A stretch of 54,191 nucleotides of DNA from Acutalibacteraceae bacterium (GTDB lineage: Bacteria; Bacillota; Clostridia; Christensenellales; UBA1242). The position numbers and the translations under genes are program-made. This document shows positions 16,772 to 23,520 of the stretch, in pieces. Below the pieces are notes generated by a model, which had not been told where the DNA came from, did no database searches, and saw only the letters and a program-made list of their open reading frames with translations. Location of the stretch: contig CAVCHC010000003.1 of the NCBI GenBank assembly GCA_963602035.1, positions 1 through 54,191 on the forward strand, written 5' to 3'. Each line of letters starts with the position of its first letter. Position 1 is the first letter of the stretch.

Positions 16772-16800
16772 TTGCAAATTTTTTTATAATTTTGTATACT
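16772..16800 (+). promoter_or_regulatory. SigA-type promoter candidate
   Basis: TTGCAA (16772-16777), 17-nt spacer, TATACT (16795-16800). It ends 19 nt upstream of ATG 16820. Confidence 0.45.
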
Positions 16801-16819
16801 TTAAGCAAAGGGAAGATAT

Positions 16820-17722
16820 ATGTTTGGGAAAATTAACGAAAAGGCAAAAAATCAGGCGTATTTAAAAGCGGTAAGCGAGCGAAACAAACAGGTGGCGCTT
16901 GAAAGGGCGGCGCGTCCGCAACTTAGTGGTCGTGACGCGGTTATTGAGGGCAGCAAAGAGGTTAAGGTTCAGTCTAAGGCGCATCCAAGAGCCATCATTA
17001 ATAACCACATCGCCGATATGAAGTATTACAGCGATTGGCGCGAAAGGCTGACGGACGCACGCAAGCCTCAACTTAGCGCAAGCGAAAGCGGGTCACAGGG
17101 GTCGCGCTTTGATTTTGATGACAGCCGTTTTGGCGAAACTGAGCGAGACGACGTTGCTATCGGGCGCGAACGCGGGATGGAGATGGACGAAAAAACGGTT
17201 GAGCCGAAACTTAGGCCATCAACCAAGTCTATTTTTGATAGGCAGTATCCCGAAGACACGGGCAGCGACGTTGATGACGACTTAAAGTTTCTAGACGACT
17301 TTTTTGCTAGGCGCGAACGAGCAGTAACCCCCGTACGCGAAGAAAAGAAAGAAGAGCGCACGGTCACCGATACGCCGAAATCGTTTATCAACCGCAAACT
17401 TATAAGGCGCACGACGGATGCGCGTAATGACGACACGGCCGCGCAATCAGCGGGTAGTGCCGCCGCGTTTGACGATATGCAAGATGGCGCGTTTGATGAA
17501 AACGAAGCCCAAAGCGACGCGTTTGGTATTGACGATTTTGAGCAGTCAATTTTGCCAACGCATACATATGATGAAATAGTAGACGTTGCGCAAGAGGTTA
17601 ACCACGGCGCGGGGCTTGCCGAAAAGAAAAAGGCGCCAAAAAAGCCAAGTGCGCCACGTAAAAAGAAGAAAAAGTTTGATGCCGACATCATTGGCGCGTC
17701 AGGTTTTTTCACGTTTAGATAG
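16820..17722 (+). CDS. hypothetical low-complexity protein (acidic body, polybasic C-terminal tail)
   Basis: 300 aa, rich in D/E/R/A, with no hydrophobic segment. The tail is KKKAPKKPSAPRKKKKKFDADIIGASGFFTFR. It lies divergent from the HTH gene, and no family is recognised. Confidence 0.5.
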   Translation: MFGKINEKAKNQAYLKAVSERNKQVALERAARPQLSGRDAVIEGSKEVKVQSKAHPRAIINNHIADMKYYSDWRERLTDARKPQLSASESGSQGSRFDFDDSRFGETERDDVAIGRERGMEMDEKTVEPKLRPSTKSIFDRQYPEDTGSDVDDDLKFLDDFFARRERAVTPVREEKKEERTVTDTPKSFINRKLIRRTTDARNDDTAAQSAGSAAAFDDMQDGAFDENEAQSDAFGIDDFEQSILPTHTYDEIVDVAQEVNHGAGLAEKKKAPKKPSAPRKKKKKFDADIIGASGFFTFR

Positions 17723-17774
17723 GCGGCTTAATTCGACGGGCTTAAATTTGAAACTAAAAACAAAATTAGTTGTA

Positions 17775-17939
17775 AAAATATAAAAAATTAAGATACAAAA
17801 ATCAGTACGCGAAAATATAAAGAATAAAAATGCAAAATTTGGTTGCGTAAATATAAAAATTAACAACACGAATCAGTAACGAAAAAATACAAAAATCACT
17901 AACACAAAAATAAAAATATCAAGATACAAAATCAGGGAC
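17775..17939. repeat. AT-rich degenerate repeats (~33-nt unit, 3-4 copies)
   Basis: aaaatataaaaaattaagatacaaaaatcagtacgcg (17775-17811), aaatataaaaattaacaacacgaatcagtaacg (17849-17881) and aaaataaaaatatcaagatacaaaatcagggac (17907-17939). Confidence 0.65.
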
Positions 17940-17943
17940 TGCT

Positions 17944-19485
17944 ATGAAATTTTTGAACAAACTTAAAGAGGTTGCGCTTTCGCTTTTGCCCGTTGTGGCA
18001 ATTTGTTTGTTCGTGCATTTTTTCATCAGTCCGTTTGAGACGCGCGTGATAGTTAATTTCATCATCGCGGTGGGCGTTATCATCGTCGGCGAGGCACTGT
18101 TTTTCTTGGGCGTTGACGCGGCGATTATCCCGATGGGCGAGATTGTTGGCAACTCGTCAAACAAGGGGTCTAAGTTTTTTGTGCTTGTTATTTTTGGGTT
18201 TGTTTTTGGCCTTTTTGCAACGATAGCAGAGCCCGACGTATCCGTTTTGGCGGGGCAGGCGGTTGGGCTTGGCGTGGATATTGGGCGGCTGACGTTTATC
18301 TTCCTTATCGGCGCGGGAGTTGGCGTGTGCGTTGCGCTGGCGCTTATAAGAATTGCAACAGGCGTTCCGTTTAAGGCGGTTTTGGCCACGATTTGCATTG
18401 CGATTTTGGTTTTGTGTGTGTTTGTTCCTAACTCGTTAGTTGCGCTTAGTTTTGACGCGGGCGGGGCGACGACGGGCATTATAACGTCGCCATTTTTGAT
18501 AGCGATTGCGTCGGGTATTTCAACCAAAAAAAGCAAGCGCGGCGAAGATAACTCGTTTGGCGTTATTGGTATTGCCTCTCTTGGGCCGGTACTAGCGCTT
18601 TTGTTGTATTTTTTGATTAAGCGCACGGCGGGCGTAACTGGCGGCGCGGCTGAGGAGACAACTTCAACCATCGGCGAAATCATTGGCGGGCAGCTTGAAG
18701 CCACAAGCCTTAGCATTCTGCCACTTATGCTGTTTTTCTTTATCTATGAACTGATTTTTGTTAAGCTGCCTAAAAAGAAGGTGGGCGCGCTGTTGTTTGG
18801 CGGGCTTGTTACCTTTGTTGGGTTGTTTATGTTTTTGTTTGCCATTGAGTTTGGCTTTATTTCTATGGGCAGGGCGCTGGGCGCGTTTTTGTCTACCACA
18901 TCGGCGGCGGTTGTTATAATTTTTAGCGTTGTTTTGGGGTTTATTATCACCTTTACGGAGCCAGCGGTTATGATTTTGGGGCGCCAGATAGAGGACGTTA
19001 CGGGCGGGCACATCAAGGCCAAAACCGTTTTGATTTCAATCGCGATTTCGATGGCGTTAGCAGTTGGGCTAAGCGCGCTTAGGATAGTTTTTAACATTAA
19101 TTTTGTTTATATCGTTGCGGCGGGGTATGCCGTGGCGCTTATTCTTATGCTGTTTTCAAGCAGTTCGTTTACGGCCATCGGGTTTGACTCGGGCGGGGTT
19201 GCAAGCGGGCCAATAACGGCCGCGTTTATCTTGCCTCTTATGCTGGGGTTGGCTGACGGCGCTGAGGGGTTTGGCGTTATCGCGTTGGTTGGGCTTATGC
19301 CGATAATTGTGCTTCAAATTTTGGGCATTGTTTATCAAGTTCAGCTTAAATCTATCGCACGCAAAAGGCAGAAACAGGCGCTTAGAATTGCCTATGAAAT
19401 GGATATGCTAAGTAGCATTGACGCGTTAAAGAAAGAAAGTTTGCGCGCTAGGCGAAAAAAGGAGAAACAGGGTGAAACAGATTAA
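17944..19485 (+). CDS. DUF1538-family integral membrane protein (two internal homologous halves)
   Basis: 513 aa and polytopic. The two halves share the motif (S/G)FD(A/S)GG(A/V)..G.IT..F(L/I), seen as SFDAGGATTGIITSPFLI and GFDSGGVASGPITAAFIL. The family name is from memory of Pfam PF07556. It is followed by two PII-like genes, as is common for this family. Confidence 0.6.
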   Translation: MKFLNKLKEVALSLLPVVAICLFVHFFISPFETRVIVNFIIAVGVIIVGEALFFLGVDAAIIPMGEIVGNSSNKGSKFFVLVIFGFVFGLFATIAEPDVSVLAGQAVGLGVDIGRLTFIFLIGAGVGVCVALALIRIATGVPFKAVLATICIAILVLCVFVPNSLVALSFDAGGATTGIITSPFLIAIASGISTKKSKRGEDNSFGVIGIASLGPVLALLLYFLIKRTAGVTGGAAEETTSTIGEIIGGQLEATSLSILPLMLFFFIYELIFVKLPKKKVGALLFGGLVTFVGLFMFLFAIEFGFISMGRALGAFLSTTSAAVVIIFSVVLGFIITFTEPAVMILGRQIEDVTGGHIKAKTVLISIAISMALAVGLSALRIVFNINFVYIVAAGYAVALILMLFSSSSFTAIGFDSGGVASGPITAAFILPLMLGLADGAEGFGVIALVGLMPIIVLQILGIVYQVQLKSIARKRQKQALRIAYEMDMLSSIDALKKESLRARRKKEKQGETD

Positions 19486-19825
19486 AGAAAAGCGTTTTAA
19501 ACTGCGCGATGTTGACAGCCTTAAAATGTGCGTGTTTATCGTTAAACGCAGCAAGGAAGACGAGATAAAAAAAGACCTTTTGGCGCTTGGCGGAAAGGTG
19601 TTGTCGGTGTGCCCGGGGGTGGGCGTGTCTCACTCATCAATGTTTGAGGCGGTAAGCAGGACGGGCGACCCGTGCGTGGTTATTTTTGCGGCGGCAAGGC
19701 GAGAGGACGCGCGAAACATCATTGCGCATATCAGCCTTAAAAACGAGATTTTTTTAAACGGTAACGGGCGCGCGTTTGATGTTGATATAAGCGGGTATCT
19801 TGGCGCGAAGGCGTTGTTTTTATAG
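19472..19825 (+). CDS. PII-like (GlnB-fold) small regulatory protein
   Basis: 117 aa with a GTG start 9 nt after AAGGAG, overlapping the DUF1538 stop by 14 nt. The ferredoxin-like beta-alpha-beta pattern (MCVFIVKRSKEDEIKKDLLALGG...VVIFAAARREDARNII) has no canonical GlnB T-loop. An alternative start is ATG 19526. Confidence 0.55.
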   Translation: MKQIKEKRFKLRDVDSLKMCVFIVKRSKEDEIKKDLLALGGKVLSVCPGVGVSHSSMFEAVSRTGDPCVVIFAAARREDARNIIAHISLKNEIFLNGNGRAFDVDISGYLGAKALFL

Positions 19826-19834
19826 GAGGGCGGT

Positions 19835-20185
19835 ATGGAAATTTTTGACGAGATTTTTGATAAAAACGATTACAAACTGGTTGTTGCGGTTGTGGCGCGC
19901 GGGTACTCTGGCGAGGTCATAAATATGGCCAAGGCGGCGGGCGCAAGCGGGGCGGTTGTGTTGTCGGGCACGGGCGCGGGCGAAAGTCAGCACACGTTTT
20001 TTGGCCTTACCGTTAACCCAGAAAACGAGGTCATTTTAATCGTGACCCCGCTTGATATTGTTGTTGACGTTATGGGAAATATCTATCGCGCCGTTGACTT
20101 TAAAAGCCGCGCAAGAGGGCTTGTTTTTGCCCTGCCTATTGACGACGTGACGGGTATGAGCCACGCGAAAGTTGAGGAAGAATAG
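19835..20185 (+). CDS. PII-like (GlnB-fold) small regulatory protein
   Basis: 116 aa. KLVVAVVARGYSGEVINMAKAAGASGAVVLSGTG...EVILIVTP fits the PII-family fold pattern. AGGAGGG RBS. Confidence 0.6.
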   Translation: MEIFDEIFDKNDYKLVVAVVARGYSGEVINMAKAAGASGAVVLSGTGAGESQHTFFGLTVNPENEVILIVTPLDIVVDVMGNIYRAVDFKSRARGLVFALPIDDVTGMSHAKVEEE

Positions 20186-20203
20186 AACCGCACGTTGTGC
20201 GGT

Positions 20204-20283
20204 AAGTGAAAAGTTAAAAGTGAAAAGTGAAAAGAAATTGATTGTTTTACAATGGCATTATTTCAACTTTAAACTTTAATTTT
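20204..20283. repeat. inverted pair of hexamer arrays between convergent genes
   Basis: aagtgaaaagttaaaagtgaaaagtgaaaag (20204-20234) is followed, after a 26-nt spacer, by tttcaactttaaactttaatttt (20261-20283). The second arm encodes the last codons and stop of murG. Together they could form a long imperfect hairpin. Confidence 0.7.
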
Positions 20284-21339
20284 GCTGGCGGAGAGGATGG
20301 TTTTGGCGATAAGAGCGGTGCCGTTTTTGAGGCCGCTTTTTTTGAGCGCGGTTTTAAGGTTTGATGCGTCTTTAAGCGTTTCGTTTACGGCCGAGACAAG
20401 TTGCTCTCGGGTAAGGGCTTGCTGAGAGAGGACGTGCGCGTAACCGCACTGTTTAAAGTACTCGGCGTTTTCAATCTGGTCGCCTCGGCTGGCGCCTTTT
20501 GGCAAGGGGATAAGCAGCATCGGCTTGTTGGCAAAGGCCAACTCAAAGATGGTGTTAGACCCCGCGCGGCTTATAACCACGTCGGCGGCGGCTATCAGTT
20601 CGGGCATATTTGACGCGAACTCGATTTGGCGATAGTTTGCGTTTTTGATGGCTTTTGTGTTGCCTTTGCCCGTTACGTGCACCACGTAAAACGACTTAGT
20701 AAGTGCATCCAAGCTTTCGCGCACGGCCGAATTGATGGCAGTTGCGCCCAGCGAGCCGCCCGTTACCAACAGCACTTTTTTATCCGCGGGAATGTTTAGT
20801 TTAAGTTTGGCTGCGGCCTGAGTTGGCAGATTTTCAAACTCTTTTTGAAGGGGTGAACCCGTAAAAACGCCCTTGCTTTTAAAGGGTTCGGCGGTTTTTT
20901 CAAAGGTGGTGCAGACGGTGGTGGCGTAGCGCGAGCCTATCTTGTTAGCAAGCCCCATAGACAGGTCGCTTTCGTGGCAAACGATAGGAATTTTAAGGCT
21001 TTTTGCGGCCAAGATTACGGGCACAGACACGAACCCGCCCTTAGAAAAAACCACACTGGGGCGCAGTTTTTTAAGTATCTTTTTGGCCTGACTAATCGCG
21101 CGCAAAAGTTTGAAGGGAAGGGCGAGGTTAACAAGTATTTTTCCGCGAACCAATTTTACGGCGCTTATGCCATAAAAGGTGGCGGATGTTTTTGTTTTTA
21201 TAAGGTTTTCTTCAATAGAGTTAAGTGACCCGATGTAACAGATATGTGAAAAGTGCTTTTTTAGGGTGGGGTACAGAGCAAGGTTGCCTGTGACGTGCCC
21301 GGCGGTGCCCCCGCCAGTTAAAACGATGGTGTTTTTCAT
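20269..21339 (-). CDS. murG: undecaprenyldiphospho-muramoylpentapeptide beta-N-acetylglucosaminyltransferase
   Basis: 356 aa with an N-terminal G-loop LTGGGTAGHV. TGGSLGA and the C-terminal RAGSNTIFE motif are typical of MurG. AGGAGA RBS. Confidence 0.9.
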   Translation of the reverse strand: MKNTIVLTGGGTAGHVTGNLALYPTLKKHFSHICYIGSLNSIEENLIKTKTSATFYGISAVKLVRGKILVNLALPFKLLRAISQAKKILKKLRPSVVFSKGGFVSVPVILAAKSLKIPIVCHESDLSMGLANKIGSRYATTVCTTFEKTAEPFKSKGVFTGSPLQKEFENLPTQAAAKLKLNIPADKKVLLVTGGSLGATAINSAVRESLDALTKSFYVVHVTGKGNTKAIKNANYRQIEFASNMPELIAAADVVISRAGSNTIFELAFANKPMLLIPLPKGASRGDQIENAEYFKQCGYAHVLSQQALTREQLVSAVNETLKDASNLKTALKKSGLKNGTALIAKTILSASKIKV

Positions 21340-21432
21340 AAAAATCTCCTTATCTTAGTTTATGACAAGTCAACAAAAAAAATAAGCGCGCGCGCAATGC
21401 AAGAAAAAATAAGGGTTTGGCGCGTTTTTTGT

Positions 21433-21461
21433 TTGCGTGAAAGATAAAAAAATGGTATAAT
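21433..21461 (+). promoter_or_regulatory. SigA-type promoter with extended -10
   Basis: TTGCGT (21433-21438), a 17-nt spacer ending in TGG, then TATAAT (21456-21461). It ends 28 nt upstream of ATG 21490. Confidence 0.5.
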
Positions 21462-21489
21462 AAAGAAAAATTGAAACAAAAGGACGATT

Positions 21490-23448
21490 ATGGCAAACAA
21501 AAGTTATGACGCAAAAGACATACAGGTTTTAGAGGGGCTGGACGCGGTTAGGCTGCGCCCGGGTATGTATATAGGAACAACGGGGCCAAAGGGGCTTCAT
21601 CATCTTTTGTGGGAGATTGTTGACAACGCGATTGACGAGGCGGCCAACGGGTATTGTGACCGCGTTATCGTTACGCTTAACGATGATGGAAGTTTGACGG
21701 TTGAAGATAACGGCCGTGGTATCCCCGTTGACATTCATCCAACCCTTAAAATAAGCGCGGTTGAGGTGGTTTATACCAAGCTGCACGCGGGCGGTAAGTT
21801 TAACAATGAAAACTATGCCTTTTCAGGCGGGTTGCACGGCGTTGGTGCGTCGGTTGTTAACGCGCTTTCAAAGTGGCTTGAAGTTGAGGTGTGTCGCGGG
21901 GGCAAAAAGTACGCAATGCGCTTTGAAACCATCACCAAAAATGGCAAGACGCACGGCGGGGTGCCTATGGCGCCGCTGGCAGAGGTTGGCAAGGCGATAA
22001 AAAGCGGAACCAAGGTCACCTTTATGCCTGATGACACGATTTTTGAAACGGTTGAGTTTGACTTTGACGTGATTTCTAAGCGCTTACGCGAACTTGCGTT
22101 TTTAAACAAGGGGCTTGAAATCGTTTTGATTGATGACCGCAAGATTGAGGGCGCAAGCGAAAAGGTGGTCACGTATAAATACGAGGGCGGTATTGCCGAT
22201 TTTGCTAAGTTTATGAACGAGGGCAAAAACGTGCTTTATGACACGCCGATTGTTATCGATACCGAGAAAAATGGCATCAAAGTTTCGGTTGCAATTCAGC
22301 ATACTGACGCGTATACTGACAATATTTTCAGTTATGTTAACAACATCCCAACAAGCGAGGGTGGCACCCACGAGGCGGGGCTTAGAAGCGGCCTAACCAA
22401 GGTTTTAAATGACCTTGCGCGCAAAAACGGTACGCTTAAAGACAAAGACGCTAACTTTATCGGCGATGACTTTAAAGAGGGGCTTACGGCCGTTTTGCTT
22501 GTTAAGATGAAAAGCGTTCAGTTTGAGGGGCAAACCAAAACCAAACTGGGCAACCCAGAGGCTAAGCCTGCGGTTGAGGCGGCGGTTATTGACGGCCTTA
22601 GTGACTATTTCAAAGAAAAGAAGACGGCTAAGGTTTTAAACCAGATTTTAGACAAGGCGGTGGGCGCGTGCAAGGTAAGAGAAGCCGCGCGAAAAGCCAA
22701 AGAAATAACAAGGCAAAAGAATGCGCTTGACGGGGCAAGTTTGGTTGGAAAGCTTGCAAGCTGCACGGGCAAAAACGCCGAAAACAACGAGTTGTTTATC
22801 GTTGAAGGTAAGTCCGCAGGTGGCACGGCTAAACAGGCGCGAGACAGGTATTTTCAAGCGATACTTCCGCTTAGGGGTAAGCCGCTTAATGCTGAGAAAA
22901 AGCGTATTGACCAAGTTTTGTTAAACGAAGAAATACGCACGATTATAACGGCGCTTGGCGCGGGAATTGGCGAAGACTTTAACCTTGACGACTTAAAGTA
23001 TCACAAGGTTATAATTCTTGCCGATGCAGACCAAGACGGTGCGCACATTCGTGCCATACTTTTAACATTTTTCTATCGCTATATGCGCGAGTTGGTTACC
23101 GAAGGGCACGTGTATATCGGGATGCCGCCGCTTTATAAGGTGTATAAAAAAGACGTTGAGGAGTATGTTTACAGCGACAACGAGTTGCCAGACGCCATCG
23201 CGCGAATAGGCAAAGGGTACAGCATTCAGCGATACAAAGGGCTTGGGGAGATGAGCAATGACCAACTTTGGGACACGACGATGAACCCTAAGGCGAGGTC
23301 ATTAATTCGCGTGTCTATTGACGACGTGGCGGAGGCTGAAAAGATGATAACCATCTTGATGGGCGACGATATTGAGTCTCGTAAGCAATACATCAGCGAG
23401 AATGCTGACTTTAACAAAAAAGACGATTTTAAACCTGTAACGAAATAA
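21490..23448 (+). CDS. DNA gyrase/topoisomerase IV subunit B (type IIA topoisomerase ATPase subunit; features lean ParE)
   Basis: 652 aa with the GHKL ATPase (EIVDNAIDEA, DNGRGIP, GGLHGVGASVVNALS). Also QFEGQTKTKLG, the TOPRIM motifs (VEGKSAGG, DADQDGAHI) and a QRYKGLGEM tail. It is not in a dnaA-dnaN-recF context. The tail IGKGYSIQRYKGLGEM...TTMNP resembles Gram-positive ParE as I recall it. Confidence 0.85.
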   Translation: MANKSYDAKDIQVLEGLDAVRLRPGMYIGTTGPKGLHHLLWEIVDNAIDEAANGYCDRVIVTLNDDGSLTVEDNGRGIPVDIHPTLKISAVEVVYTKLHAGGKFNNENYAFSGGLHGVGASVVNALSKWLEVEVCRGGKKYAMRFETITKNGKTHGGVPMAPLAEVGKAIKSGTKVTFMPDDTIFETVEFDFDVISKRLRELAFLNKGLEIVLIDDRKIEGASEKVVTYKYEGGIADFAKFMNEGKNVLYDTPIVIDTEKNGIKVSVAIQHTDAYTDNIFSYVNNIPTSEGGTHEAGLRSGLTKVLNDLARKNGTLKDKDANFIGDDFKEGLTAVLLVKMKSVQFEGQTKTKLGNPEAKPAVEAAVIDGLSDYFKEKKTAKVLNQILDKAVGACKVREAARKAKEITRQKNALDGASLVGKLASCTGKNAENNELFIVEGKSAGGTAKQARDRYFQAILPLRGKPLNAEKKRIDQVLLNEEIRTIITALGAGIGEDFNLDDLKYHKVIILADADQDGAHIRAILLTFFYRYMRELVTEGHVYIGMPPLYKVYKKDVEEYVYSDNELPDAIARIGKGYSIQRYKGLGEMSNDQLWDTTMNPKARSLIRVSIDDVAEAEKMITILMGDDIESRKQYISENADFNKKDDFKPVTK

Positions 23449-23520
23449 TAAACAGAATTAAACCGCAAACTTAATTTCAAAAAGTGATTTAATCTTTAAC
23501 GCAGAAACTAAGGAGATATT

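Noticed and set aside
17068-18716. Minus-strand ORFs 17068-17712 (214 aa) and 17919-18716 (265 aa)
   Set aside because: They are antisense to the 300-aa ORF and to the DUF1538 membrane protein respectively. The plus-strand frames have RBSs and, for DUF1538, a conserved duplicated motif. The antisense products are S/P/A-rich with no features.
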